The notes below the pieces were generated by a model, which had not been told where the DNA came from, ran no database searches, and saw only the letters and a list, made by a program, of their open reading frames with translations. A stretch of DNA of 64,000 bases from NCBI RefSeq assembly GCF_049075655.1, contig NZ_CP157522.1, positions 192,001 to 256,000 of the forward strand. Direction: 5' to 3'. This stretch comes from Methanothermococcus sp. Ax23 (GTDB lineage Archaea; AGJL01; Methanococci; Methanococcales; Methanococcaceae). Numbering within the stretch: position 1 is the first letter of the stretch; each line of letters starts with the position of its first letter. Positions 32,671-43,366 of the stretch are shown here, in pieces. The position numbers and the translations under genes are program-made.

Positions 32671-35193
32671 TCAGGCTGCCGAAAATACTGTGGATATTAA
32701 ATTCCTTATAATTGAATAAATGCTTTCAAATACACTTTTTTTAGCAGTATTGTTAATATTTTCAGGTATTGTATGATTATTTAACTCAGATGTTGAATGA
32801 TTATCTACGCTATTGTTGTTAATTACAGAAGGTGGTGTAATGCTGATATTGTTGTTTTTAACAACACCTCCTTTTTTAACAATATTTTTACTTTTTTCTA
32901 AAACCATTGGGTAATATGCCCCATTATCTTTGATAAAATTGGGTATTTCTACATAAAGCTTTAAAGTATAATTTCCTTCATCCAAATCCCTCAATTTTAC
33001 ATTAATATGTTTAATTTCTAGAGGATGTATCATTTCAGAGTGTGCTTCACTTTTAAATACTGATACATTGTCTTTAATTAACTCAATCCAATAATTATAA
33101 TGTATATTGACTGGAAATGCATCGACGGAATCAGAAACTATCTCTGCATGAATCTGGGAATTGTTGTAGGTCAGATTTGTTATGGATAAGGGTGCCACTA
33201 CCTTAATGGGCTTGGTAATAATAGGAGTGGCATTGGAAAGATTATCCCATATTGCGGTTGGAATTGCATAAAACAAAATATGTCCTTCAAACCCCTCATT
33301 AAACTTAATTTTGAAATCAATGGTTTTAAGTCCATTTGGTGGAATATATACTACCCTTTTTGGAGTAGTCGTTTTCACATATCCATCACCCCTCACAACC
33401 TCAATCCAAGTTAAACATTCAATTTTTTCATTTAGTGGATTATTCAATGTAGCTACAAATGTATTATAACATCCCGCCACAGGATAGTGTCTAAACACGG
33501 GATTTTCATTGATAACAGCAATTTTAGGTCTTAGTGTATCATTATAATCTAGTTCAGCTTTTATATTATGTGCATTAAAATGAATAGTTTTAGAAAATTC
33601 TGCCAATGCATCATCTGTTTTTACAAAGAATTGCACATCTCCATTAGCTCCAGTATTAAATGATATTGGAATTGAAATGGTCTTTTCCGCATGAGCTCCT
33701 AATGTAAATGGAACATCTGAAATGTAATTTACAACCCCTTCTTTAAAATCATCTTTAAGAATGAGATTTCCAGAGAGGGTTTTATTATATTTATTTACCA
33801 ATGTTATTTTCATTATGTATGTTCTTCCAACCAATATATCTGCATAGTTGTTAGTTAGCACATAACTCCTATTATCATAAGAATATGTAATATTTTTTAT
33901 CCTTACAACTGGAATTTTCTCAGGATTTATATTAAGATTTTTAGTTTCAATATATGTATAGGTTCCAGCTGAACAGATTACAATTTTAATCTGTTTATTT
34001 CCAGTATAGTTAATATAGCAAGGAATATAAACATCTTTAGTTTCAAAACTGCTCATATTTACATTCTCAGTAGCGGTCCCCATATCATTTTCAATCGATA
34101 TGGTTCCAAATGTTATACCATCGAATCTATTTTTTAATGTTAATTTAACAATCGCCAAATAAGGATCAGTTTTTAAATACGCCCTTGGTATAACATTATC
34201 TTTGTTATAATAACTGTAATGGTCTATCATCTTTTTTAATTCATCGTCTTCAATGTTTGAATCTTTATAAAACTTTCTTAAAATATCCGCAGTAGTTTTA
34301 TTAATATTGGTGACTACCTCAAAATTCGTCAAAGATATTGGATAAAAAAATTTCTTATCAGATTTATTGCGAGAATATATTATATTTAAATTATCGCTCC
34401 CCGTTATTTCAGTATTTGCAGGACCATCCGCGTAATCATGAACCCCCATCACATCGGTATGGACCTGAATTTTTATTGCATCGGCATCCTGGACCACTGG
34501 AGGAATCTTGAAAGATACTTCGGATTCACCATATTTTGGAACATATATTAATTTACTATCATTTTCACCATAATATAGAACTCCCGCATCATTTTTATTC
34601 TTACTTGCATCTTTATTATAATCCTGAGATACTACTGCAATCCATGTTTTAACCATGTAATCTGACTGAGAATACTTATTATTTTTTAAACTAATTTTAA
34701 ACCATGGAGAATTACATACTTCAATATTTGGATTGGATTCATTAACGTATGAATCACTGCATGTTATATTTTCAATATCAATTGGATTGGCAACATATAT
34801 CGTCGTTGATTTAGATGTCAATATATTCCCATTTTCATCTAATACTGATACATATATTTTATGAGGGCCAAATTCCTCAAATTTTAATTTTGCATTTATC
34901 ACCTCCCCCTTGTTTGGGCTCGGCGGCATAGATATTATTGGAGATTGCCATGATATTCCTTCATCTGATTTAATATCTAGAATAATATTATGCTGGTATG
35001 TGTCATGATTAACAACTGCAACACAAATATTAGGGAAGATGCCTACGTCGATATAATATCCACCATATTCCCCATTCAGACCTATAAGAGTATTTGATGT
35101 CCAAATATTAGATACTTCAATATTATTTCCATATAATCCATGAATACCGCCAATTAGAATCCCTATAATTATTATATAATGTATTTTTTTCAT
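32671..35193 (-). CDS. Large exported/surface protein, beta-rich
   Basis: Signal peptide, many N-x-S/T sequons, low-complexity linker, C-terminal amphipathic helix. Confidence 0.8.
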   Translation of the reverse strand: MKKIHYIIIIGILIGGIHGLYGNNIEVSNIWTSNTLIGLNGEYGGYYIDVGIFPNICVAVVNHDTYQHNIILDIKSDEGISWQSPIISMPPSPNKGEVINAKLKFEEFGPHKIYVSVLDENGNILTSKSTTIYVANPIDIENITCSDSYVNESNPNIEVCNSPWFKISLKNNKYSQSDYMVKTWIAVVSQDYNKDASKNKNDAGVLYYGENDSKLIYVPKYGESEVSFKIPPVVQDADAIKIQVHTDVMGVHDYADGPANTEITGSDNLNIIYSRNKSDKKFFYPISLTNFEVVTNINKTTADILRKFYKDSNIEDDELKKMIDHYSYYNKDNVIPRAYLKTDPYLAIVKLTLKNRFDGITFGTISIENDMGTATENVNMSSFETKDVYIPCYINYTGNKQIKIVICSAGTYTYIETKNLNINPEKIPVVRIKNITYSYDNRSYVLTNNYADILVGRTYIMKITLVNKYNKTLSGNLILKDDFKEGVVNYISDVPFTLGAHAEKTISIPISFNTGANGDVQFFVKTDDALAEFSKTIHFNAHNIKAELDYNDTLRPKIAVINENPVFRHYPVAGCYNTFVATLNNPLNEKIECLTWIEVVRGDGYVKTTTPKRVVYIPPNGLKTIDFKIKFNEGFEGHILFYAIPTAIWDNLSNATPIITKPIKVVAPLSITNLTYNNSQIHAEIVSDSVDAFPVNIHYNYWIELIKDNVSVFKSEAHSEMIHPLEIKHINVKLRDLDEGNYTLKLYVEIPNFIKDNGAYYPMVLEKSKNIVKKGGVVKNNNISITPPSVINNNSVDNHSTSELNNHTIPENINNTAKKSVFESIYSIIRNLISTVFSAA

Positions 35194-35361
35194 GGTGTCC
35201 CTCAATGGATAAATAACTTAATATAAAATAAATTAAAAATAAAGACCCATATATAATATAACTTGTTCAATTTATATTATTTAAATATAATAGTGTATGT
35301 GTATATGTAGGTTATATTATAATCGGAGAATATGGGTAATTAAACCAAAAAAGGTGATTTA

Positions 35362-37539
35362 ATGAAGTTAAAATATCCTAGCTTGATTCTTTGCATGATT
35401 TTTTTACTAATGAATGCAGGATATGCCCTAAATTACAAATGGACATCAACAATACCTGTTGAATTTGTCCCACTTTCAAGTATTGATAATCAAACACAGT
35501 TGGAATATTATTTAAATAAGCATAATATTGTTGTTTTTTATATGGATGAAAAATATAGTATAAAAAGTAACGATTGGATACTATATAAATTTAATATTAC
35601 AAGAGTTAGCCCAGACAAAATTCCAGACTATGGAAATTACACACTCGTAAGTAGTAATGGGGTTGTTGTATTATATCCCGAAAATAGTGTATATCGTGAT
35701 AAAGATGGGGCATTGATATACAATACACCAATGCCAGTAAATGATGTAGAATATAAAATTCAACATGTTCCCCCAGTGAAACAGGAGAAGAATAGTATAA
35801 TCCCAGATTATTATGATTATGTATTAATAAATAACGGAACATTTATCATATATCCTCAAAAATACATAACAAGGGACGACGATGGTGCATTAATTTATAA
35901 TCCTCCATTAAAACAAAATAATAGTAAAGAATACAAGATATCATATGGGAAGCATATTAATGAAAAAGTAATCCCAAATTATTATGATTATGTATTTGTA
36001 AATCAAAATAATGTTTTTGTTATATATCCTCAAAAATACATAACAAAGAACAAAGACGGTGCAATAATATACAATCCGCCATTAGATATTAAAAACGATA
36101 ATATTCCAATATATAATGTTAGCACTAAATTAATAGATGCAGAAAAAGGAGTTTATGAAATCAAACCTAAAAAAATATTGATAACGCACCCAATAAATCC
36201 AGATGACAAAAATATTTTGGATTTCATTGGATATTATGTTTCAGAAAATAACGGGACATTTGCATATATAAACAAAGTTCCACCACACTACAAACATGTT
36301 CTCATTAACGGAATAGTGGTTCAAAATGCCATCCCTGATAAAAACGGAGACTATGCAGTAGATGTTGCAGGGAGAAAGATAAAAGTCGATTTAAGAGATG
36401 ATGATTTAATAAATAAAAAGATAAAAACAGTAAAAGGACTCTCGGAGATTTTAAATATAAATGCAACCTATATATCAACAGGTTCAGAAAATTTAAAGGT
36501 TATTAAAAAAGAAAACCCTGATAAGAATGAATTGGATGCATTGTTAAATGAATATTGGTTTAAAAAATGGTATAATGATGAATATTACCATACATACTAC
36601 AACCCATCAAATATTAAAAACAATTACAATGCCAAAGATTTTGACGTATTGGCCATGAGCTATTATCCGATAATATACACCGATAAAGCACCTGAAACTT
36701 TCCAAAATGACCCAAAAGGTGGATATTACCCAGAGGTTATAAGTTATAAAGGAACTGATGATATTGGATACTGGGAAAAAGGGGTAAAATCCGATAATAA
36801 ATATTATTATTACGATAAAAATGAACCCCATTGGAATGATAACGATAAATATGTAAGTAATTGGTATTATGAAGGAAAATCCGTTTCGCCTGCAAATGAT
36901 TCTGAAATGAACGATAAATACAAATATTTCAACCAATGGTTTGTTAAAAATTATGGCTATGCAGTAAGTGAAGGTGTTGATGGATTGCTTTTAACATCTA
37001 ATGATAAAAACCTGGTTGATGCAGTGTTTGGAAAAGAAAATAATAATATATCGTGGAAACTTGCCATGGATGGCAAACTAAGTTATGTTGTAATCCCTGA
37101 TTACAAAGGAGTTTCAAAGGAAAATAACATAACAATAGTAAAAATCCCTGGATTAACCAATGACCTATATGGCATGCATTATATCAAAGAATACTATATC
37201 CCCCCAAAGGACGAAGAATTTGGAGTTTATGTGGCAGATATTGTGGAATATAACGTCAGCAAAATATATATGTTAAAGAATAACTATACGTGGATTTGTT
37301 CATTTAAAAATTATGCAGATTGGATAAATAATTATATGTATAGCAACATTAAAATAGTAAATAGCACCATAATAATTGCAAAATCTAACAATCCCATAAA
37401 AATAACTATTTACAAAAAAGGAACAAATATTACCTCCCCCGACCTGTTAAAAATACCAATGGAAGAATACGATAAGAATTCAAATAAAATAATATTATAT
37501 TGTTTTTCCAACGGGAGCTCTACAATAAAATTAAGTTAA
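35362..37539 (+). CDS. Exported Tyr/Asn-rich protein with three internal repeats
   Basis: Signal peptide; three copies of IP(D/N)Y..Y...N....(I/L)YP........DGA.IYN.P. Confidence 0.8.
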   Translation: MKLKYPSLILCMIFLLMNAGYALNYKWTSTIPVEFVPLSSIDNQTQLEYYLNKHNIVVFYMDEKYSIKSNDWILYKFNITRVSPDKIPDYGNYTLVSSNGVVVLYPENSVYRDKDGALIYNTPMPVNDVEYKIQHVPPVKQEKNSIIPDYYDYVLINNGTFIIYPQKYITRDDDGALIYNPPLKQNNSKEYKISYGKHINEKVIPNYYDYVFVNQNNVFVIYPQKYITKNKDGAIIYNPPLDIKNDNIPIYNVSTKLIDAEKGVYEIKPKKILITHPINPDDKNILDFIGYYVSENNGTFAYINKVPPHYKHVLINGIVVQNAIPDKNGDYAVDVAGRKIKVDLRDDDLINKKIKTVKGLSEILNINATYISTGSENLKVIKKENPDKNELDALLNEYWFKKWYNDEYYHTYYNPSNIKNNYNAKDFDVLAMSYYPIIYTDKAPETFQNDPKGGYYPEVISYKGTDDIGYWEKGVKSDNKYYYYDKNEPHWNDNDKYVSNWYYEGKSVSPANDSEMNDKYKYFNQWFVKNYGYAVSEGVDGLLLTSNDKNLVDAVFGKENNNISWKLAMDGKLSYVVIPDYKGVSKENNITIVKIPGLTNDLYGMHYIKEYYIPPKDEEFGVYVADIVEYNVSKIYMLKNNYTWICSFKNYADWINNYMYSNIKIVNSTIIIAKSNNPIKITIYKKGTNITSPDLLKIPMEEYDKNSNKIILYCFSNGSSTIKLS

Positions 37540-37569
37540 ATTCCAATAATTATAACATATGGTGATTTT

Positions 37570-38349
37570 ATGAAAATAGGATTTTATAATATACAGGGAG
37601 GCACGGGAAAAACCACCATTGCTACAAATATGGCTTATTACCTTAGTGATAGGATAAAAACCATATATATAGACTGCGATATATTTGGGGGCAATGGGGC
37701 ATTATTATTTGGGCTCGAAAATAACCCCAATACCTTAAATGCATATTTGGATAGAGAATGCAGTTTGGATGATATTATTCATGAACATGATAATTTATCA
37801 ATTATCGTTTGTGATACAACCCCAAATGCATTTAATACAGACATAGACCAGAAAAAATTTTTAGATGTCATAAGATTCGCAGATGAACATTATGATGTTG
37901 TTATACTTGATTTGCCACCAAATATCACCGAAGGTAATATATTATTCTCCAATGAGAATGTATTAAATAAAATGATAGTGGTGGCAGAGGATAGTATTCC
38001 AGGAATTGCAAATACTCTTAAAACTATTGAATTATTGCATGCCCTTAGTATTGAAATTGTGGGGACTATTGTAAATAAAGATAGAAGTATTGTAGATTTT
38101 GAGGATATATTGGATAATGTTATGGCCATACTCCCATATGATAAAAAAGTTGAATATCAATGGCTGGATGGAGTCCCAATTATAAAAAAACGGTCAGCAT
38201 TTGGAAAGGAACTAAGTTTTTTAGCTGATGAACTAACTGAAGCATATATAGAAAAAGATTTGGCTACTTTGAGAGCTCTAAAAATAGCAAAAGAATTTAG
38301 GAGCTCTATTATTGGAAATGATGATAACCGTAAATTTGATGAATTTTAA
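37570..38349 (+). CDS. MinD/ParA-family ATPase
   Basis: Deviant Walker A QGGTGKTT, IDCD, ILDLPP, VNK, LPYD. Confidence 0.88.
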   Translation: MKIGFYNIQGGTGKTTIATNMAYYLSDRIKTIYIDCDIFGGNGALLFGLENNPNTLNAYLDRECSLDDIIHEHDNLSIIVCDTTPNAFNTDIDQKKFLDVIRFADEHYDVVILDLPPNITEGNILFSNENVLNKMIVVAEDSIPGIANTLKTIELLHALSIEIVGTIVNKDRSIVDFEDILDNVMAILPYDKKVEYQWLDGVPIIKKRSAFGKELSFLADELTEAYIEKDLATLRALKIAKEFRSSIIGNDDNRKFDEF

Positions 38350-38422
38350 TGTTAAGATTAACGCTGCATTTAATACTATTAACCTAATATTAATAAAAAT
38401 AAATTACATGATGGTGGAATAG

Positions 38423-39250
38423 GTGCTAACAAAAAGAATTATTCCATGCTTGGATATAAAAGAAGGAAGAGTTGTAAAAGGAACAAATTTTGTTGAGTTA
38501 AGGGACGCGGGTGACCCCGTAGAGCTCTCAAAAATATACAATGAACAGGGTGCAGATGAGCTCGTGTTTTTAGACATTACTGCATCATATGAAAAAAGAG
38601 ATATATTAATAGATTTAGTAGAAAGGACAGCAGAGCAGGTATTTATCCCCTTAACAGTTGGTGGAGGTATAAAAACTGTCGATGATTTTAGAAGAATACT
38701 CAGGGCAGGGGCTGATAAAATATCTATAAATACTGCTGCGGTTAAAAATCCTGCATTGATTAGAGAAGCTAGTGAAATATTCGGTTCTCAGTGTGTAGTT
38801 GTAGCTATTGACGTAAAAAGAAACTACGTTGATGAAGATAAACTTGAATCCAAAGATTTGGAAGATAAAAATATCGTAAAAATTGACAAAAATAAATACT
38901 GCTGGTTTGAAGTCTATATCTATGGAGGTAGGAAAGGAACAGGCATTGATGCTATTGAATGGGGTAAGGAAGTGGAGGAGCTCGGTGCAGGGGAGATACT
39001 TTTAACCAGTATGGATGCAGATGGAACAAAAGAAGGTTATGATATTGAACTAACAAAATCAATGTCAATGAATGTAAAACTTCCAGTAATAGCAAGTGGT
39101 GGTTGCGGAGCTCTTGAACATATCTATGATGCATTCGAGTATGGGAAAGCGGATGCAGCACTGATGGCTAGCATACTGCATTATAGGGAATATACTGTTC
39201 AGGAGATAAAGGAATATTTATTAAAAAAGAGTATTCCTGTTAGATTATAA
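38423..39250 (+). CDS. hisF: Imidazole glycerol phosphate synthase cyclase subunit
   Basis: [29 protein letters not shown]. Confidence 0.97.
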   Translation: MLTKRIIPCLDIKEGRVVKGTNFVELRDAGDPVELSKIYNEQGADELVFLDITASYEKRDILIDLVERTAEQVFIPLTVGGGIKTVDDFRRILRAGADKISINTAAVKNPALIREASEIFGSQCVVVAIDVKRNYVDEDKLESKDLEDKNIVKIDKNKYCWFEVYIYGGRKGTGIDAIEWGKEVEELGAGEILLTSMDADGTKEGYDIELTKSMSMNVKLPVIASGGCGALEHIYDAFEYGKADAALMASILHYREYTVQEIKEYLLKKSIPVRL

Positions 39251-39454
39251 TTTGTTTCCAACTGACACGAGCAATAGCGAGGGAAGTATTTTTTATATTA
39301 TTTTATTTTGAATTATTTTACTTAACTATAAAATTATCATCACTCTTTTTTTATAGTGAAATGAGATATGTATATATATTAAATTTTTTAAAAAAATTAT
39401 AAAATTATAAAAGAAAATATTATATTAATACCATCATAAAAAAGGAGGAAAACT

Positions 39455-40165
39455 ATGGCAAAAAGTAGTTCAAAATCATCATCTGATGTGGAAAATGCAA
39501 AATTTATGGTAGCAAAAGAAGCGGCAAATCTTATAAAAGATGGAATGATTGTAGGCCTTGGTTCAGGCTCTACTGCAAATTTGTTCATAAGAGAGCTCGG
39601 AAGAAGAGTGGTAGAAGAGGAATTAAGTATATTTGGAATACCAACTTCATTTGAATCTAGAATGCTTGCTATTCAATATGGAATTCCTTTGGTTTCACTT
39701 GATGAATATGGTGAAATAGATATTGCTGTTGATGGTGCTGATGAAGTTGATAAGGAATCACTCTGTCTTATAAAAGGGGGCGGAGGATGCCATACAAGAG
39801 AAAAAATAATAGATTACTGTGCAAAGGAATTTGTGGTTATGGTGGATGAAAATAAGATTGTAGATTTATTGGGCGACAAAACACCAGTTCCATTAGAGGT
39901 TTTACCTTTTGCATATTCCACCGTTTTAAATGAATTATTAAAAAGAAATGCCGCACCATCAATAAGAATGGCTGATAGAAAAATGGGCCCAGTAATTACA
40001 GATAATGGAAATATGATTATAGATGTATTTATTGACCTAAAAAATCCCGAAGAAGTTGAAAGAGAATTAAACAATATTCCAGGAGTTATAGAAAATGGAA
40101 TATTTACAAAAGTAGATAAGGTTCTTGTTGGAAGCCCAAAAAAAGTTAAAATATTGAGTAAATAA
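39455..40165 (+). CDS. rpiA: Ribose-5-phosphate isomerase A
   Basis: GLGSGST, DGADEVD, KGGGG, TDNGN. Confidence 0.97.
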   Translation: MAKSSSKSSSDVENAKFMVAKEAANLIKDGMIVGLGSGSTANLFIRELGRRVVEEELSIFGIPTSFESRMLAIQYGIPLVSLDEYGEIDIAVDGADEVDKESLCLIKGGGGCHTREKIIDYCAKEFVVMVDENKIVDLLGDKTPVPLEVLPFAYSTVLNELLKRNAAPSIRMADRKMGPVITDNGNMIIDVFIDLKNPEEVERELNNIPGVIENGIFTKVDKVLVGSPKKVKILSK

Positions 40166-40270
40166 TTTTAATTATATTTTATATGTTTTTATATTCTTAG
40201 GTCATGCAATTGGTTTCATTTGTTTCAAAGTATATCATTTGATAGTTCAAATTAACCAATTGATTTATAA

Positions 40271-40504
40271 GTCTCATTGCTGGTTTCGTTGCCGTCCCCA
40301 ACTCGACTTATGGGGTGAGACCCGCACCCTCCTACCCGCTACTGGATTCGCGGTTCGCTTGCGTTAGCAACGACATAAAACCTTTCGGTTTTAAGTTTTC
40401 CTTCGCTACTCGACGAAAATCTAAAAGATTTTCGGGAGTCATCGAATTCTTCGAATTCGATTCGACGCTTGGAAATGCAATGAAATGCGAAGCATTTCAT
40501 CTAA
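40271..40504 (-). other. GC-rich structured intergenic element (MITE or ncRNA candidate) loaded with hairpin modules
   Basis: GC-rich core 40271-40356, then hairpins at 40376-40393, 40414-40434, 40441-40461 and GCAA-hairpin-TCTAA at 40477-40504. Strand inferred. Confidence 0.5.
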
Positions 40505-40688
40505 TTGCTTACTTTGTATAATTTTTCATTTAAAGTCGGAAGAAATAGTATTAAAGTGATACTTACTATAAAACATAGTTCGTAATAAGTATTTAAAACT
40601 TATGGTATTATTATTTAACAATATTTGAAACATTTGGTTAAAAGTGTGTATGATATTTTTTAGGATAGAATATATTATTGGTGGTTAA

Positions 40689-40895
40689 ATGGAAAGTCTT
40701 TTGAGTAAAAGCCCGGGCACATATACCGTTGTAAAAATAGCAAGCCCATGCAAAAAATTCCATGAGCTCGGCATAATTCCTGGTTCTAAAATAACAGTGA
40801 TTTCTTCAAATAAAAGGGGACCTATACTTGTAAGAATAGGAAATTGCAAAATAGCCATAGGAAGGGGCATGGCAAATTCTATACTTGTGGAATAA
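40689..40895 (+). CDS. feoA: Ferrous iron transport protein A
   Basis: ELGIIPGSKI, GPILV, IAIGRGMA. Confidence 0.9.
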   Translation: MESLLSKSPGTYTVVKIASPCKKFHELGIIPGSKITVISSNKRGPILVRIGNCKIAIGRGMANSILVE

Positions 40896-40955
40896 TCTTA
40901 TATATTATAATAATTTATTTAATCATAATTAAACATTTTAAACTCACTAAAATAT

Positions 40956-41222
40956 ATGGGGAAATATATGAATAAATATATGAATAAATCGAAAACTGTA
41001 AAATCAAATATTTTTAAACTTGACAAAACCCCTTCGAGGTTTTATAAGTTCGACAAAAACCAAAGGAATTTGTCTCAATCAGCGAATCCTTTGGATTCGC
41101 TTCGAAAACATTTAAACCATATTTTAAAATATATTATTAAACACTCATGCTCCTGCTGTTCAAATAAAGATAGGTGTGAAACATACATAAAATATTATAA
41201 AGAAAAAGATAATAATAGATGA
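40956..41222 (+). CDS. Small ORF between feoA and feoB with Cys-rich C-terminus
   Basis: CSCC....C motif; N-terminal half contains hairpin-derived sequence; start uncertain. Confidence 0.4.
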   Translation: MGKYMNKYMNKSKTVKSNIFKLDKTPSRFYKFDKNQRNLSQSANPLDSLRKHLNHILKYIIKHSCSCCSNKDRCETYIKYYKEKDNNR

Positions 41223-41236
41223 ATAGATGAAATGGT

Positions 41237-43207
41237 GTGAAAATGGGCAATAATAACAACGATAATAAAAAAATAGTGGCACTTACTGGTCAGCCCAATG
41301 TTGGAAAAACCACATTATTTAACTCACTCACTGGAATGAGGCAGGAAATAGGAAACTGGCCAGGTGTGACTGTTGAAAAAAAGGAAGGTCTGTTAAAATA
41401 TAAAAACGCAGAATTTAAAGTAGTTGATTTACCTGGAATATATTCTTTGATGTCTAATTCCATAGACCAGAAGATAGCCAGAGATTTCATACTTGAAAAT
41501 AAGGATATAATAATTGTAAATGTAATCGACACCCCAAATATTAACAGAAATTTATATTTAACACTACAACTTATAGAGCTCGGCAAGTCTCCGATTTTAT
41601 GTTTAAATCTTATTGATGAAGCTGAAAAATACGGAATAGTTGTTGATGAGAAAAAGCTCAGTGAAAAGTTAGGAGGATTACCAGTTATAAAAATGTCTGG
41701 AAGATACAATGTTGGAATACCAGATTTAAAGGAAAAAATTTATAAATATAAACCTAAAAAACCCTGCGAAATTACTTATTCTGAAATATTGGAAGATGCC
41801 ATTGAAAAAATTGTTAAAAAAATAGAAGAATGCAAAAATTTGGAATTAGGTGAAAAATTCAAATCTGTTCCAAAAAGATGGCTTGCAATATCCCTGCTTG
41901 AAGGAGACCCCGAGGTTTTAGAAGAATTTAAAGATAAAAAAGAATTGTTAGCCTTTGTAAAAAATATAAAAAATAATATTGAAAATGAAATAAAACACGA
42001 TATTGAAAGTTATATTGTTGAACAGAGATATAAAAAATCTGACGAAATTTTAAAGGACATAATGACTGAGAGCCAACTGCATGAAGATATCGACACAATA
42101 ATACTTCATCCCGTTTATGGGTTTGTAATCTTTGGAATTGTTATGTATTTAATGTATAGTTTTGTATTTGGGTTTGGAGATTTCTTCTCTGGATATATCG
42201 GCATGTTTTTTGACTATCTTGGAGATTATTTGACAAAAATACTTCCAGCCACATATGCCGGATTTGTGGTAGATGGTGCATTGTCAGGAGTCGGCGGAGT
42301 ATTGGAGTTCTTCCCACAAATTGTGTTAATAATGTTTTCTTTGGCAATATTGGAAGATTGCGGGTATTTATCAAGAGTGGCAGCTCTGATGCATGAGGTA
42401 ATGTCGAAAATAGGACTTGGTGGAAAGGCATTTATCCCATTTATAATAAGTTTTGGATGTAATGTTCCTGGATTAATGGCTACAAGGTTTATGTCTAGCC
42501 ATAGAGAAAGGCTTATTACATTACTTGTGGCACCTTTGATTCCATGTTCGGCAAGATTTGTAGTAATAGGATTTATGGCGTCCGTATTTTTCCCACAATA
42601 TGCAACATTATTTACTCTTGGAATATTGGGAATCGTGTTTATCTTACTAGGGGCTGTTTCATATCTATTGGGTAAATTAATAAAAGGAGAACCTGAGGAG
42701 TTTATATTTGAATTACCGCCATATAGAACACCCGACTGGAAAAATATTTTAAAAATAACATGGGAAAGAAGCAAGGCATTTCTAAAAAAAGCAGGAACCG
42801 TTATTGTGGCAGGCTCTCTTGCATTTTATGGGCTGTTGAATTACCCAAGCATTGACAACAGCTATGCAATTGCAATAGGTAAAATATTAGAGCATATTAC
42901 TTTATGGATGGGCATTGATTGGAGAGGGGTTATTTCCTTGATGTTTGGAGTTGTCGCAAAGGAGCTCGTAGTATCTACAATGAACATAGTTTATGGTGGT
43001 GAGGTGAGCTCCGCTTTAACACCATTGAAGGCCTTTGTTTTCACTCTTGTATCTGTTCTGTATATTCCATGTTTAGCAACAGTTGCGGCACAATATATGG
43101 AAACAAAAAGTTTAAAATGGACTTTATTTGGCGTAGCATACAATATATCCTTGGCAACGGTAGTTGGTATCGTCATATATAATATTGGAAAACTTCTTGG
43201 ATTCTAA
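41237..43207 (+). CDS. feoB: Ferrous iron transport protein B
   Basis: GQPNVGKT, NWPGVTVE, DLPGIYSL, FGCNVP, PCSAR, YIPC. Confidence 0.97.
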   Translation: MKMGNNNNDNKKIVALTGQPNVGKTTLFNSLTGMRQEIGNWPGVTVEKKEGLLKYKNAEFKVVDLPGIYSLMSNSIDQKIARDFILENKDIIIVNVIDTPNINRNLYLTLQLIELGKSPILCLNLIDEAEKYGIVVDEKKLSEKLGGLPVIKMSGRYNVGIPDLKEKIYKYKPKKPCEITYSEILEDAIEKIVKKIEECKNLELGEKFKSVPKRWLAISLLEGDPEVLEEFKDKKELLAFVKNIKNNIENEIKHDIESYIVEQRYKKSDEILKDIMTESQLHEDIDTIILHPVYGFVIFGIVMYLMYSFVFGFGDFFSGYIGMFFDYLGDYLTKILPATYAGFVVDGALSGVGGVLEFFPQIVLIMFSLAILEDCGYLSRVAALMHEVMSKIGLGGKAFIPFIISFGCNVPGLMATRFMSSHRERLITLLVAPLIPCSARFVVIGFMASVFFPQYATLFTLGILGIVFILLGAVSYLLGKLIKGEPEEFIFELPPYRTPDWKNILKITWERSKAFLKKAGTVIVAGSLAFYGLLNYPSIDNSYAIAIGKILEHITLWMGIDWRGVISLMFGVVAKELVVSTMNIVYGGEVSSALTPLKAFVFTLVSVLYIPCLATVAAQYMETKSLKWTLFGVAYNISLATVVGIVIYNIGKLLGF

Positions 43208-43366
43208 GGAAATAAAAAAATTAAAAAAATTAAAATAGAATGAGATATAAATAAAATAATAACTAGGTAATTAAAATAATTAAAATAATTAAATAATAAA
43301 CAAATTTAATAAAATAAATATTAATTTTTATTTTGTTTCATTTTAGTTCATTATAATGGGGATAGT

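Noticed and set aside
35294-35310. EarA box (TACATA) in the divergent promoter
   Set aside because: Only one perfect 6-mer in very AT-rich DNA; not significant on its own.
39265-39284. Fragment ACGAGCAATAGCGAGGG resembling module hairpin 1
   Set aside because: No GCWA linker or second hairpin; too short to count as a family member.
40315-40521. 68-aa ORF
   Set aside because: It is made entirely of hairpin and GC-rich element sequence and is better explained as non-coding.
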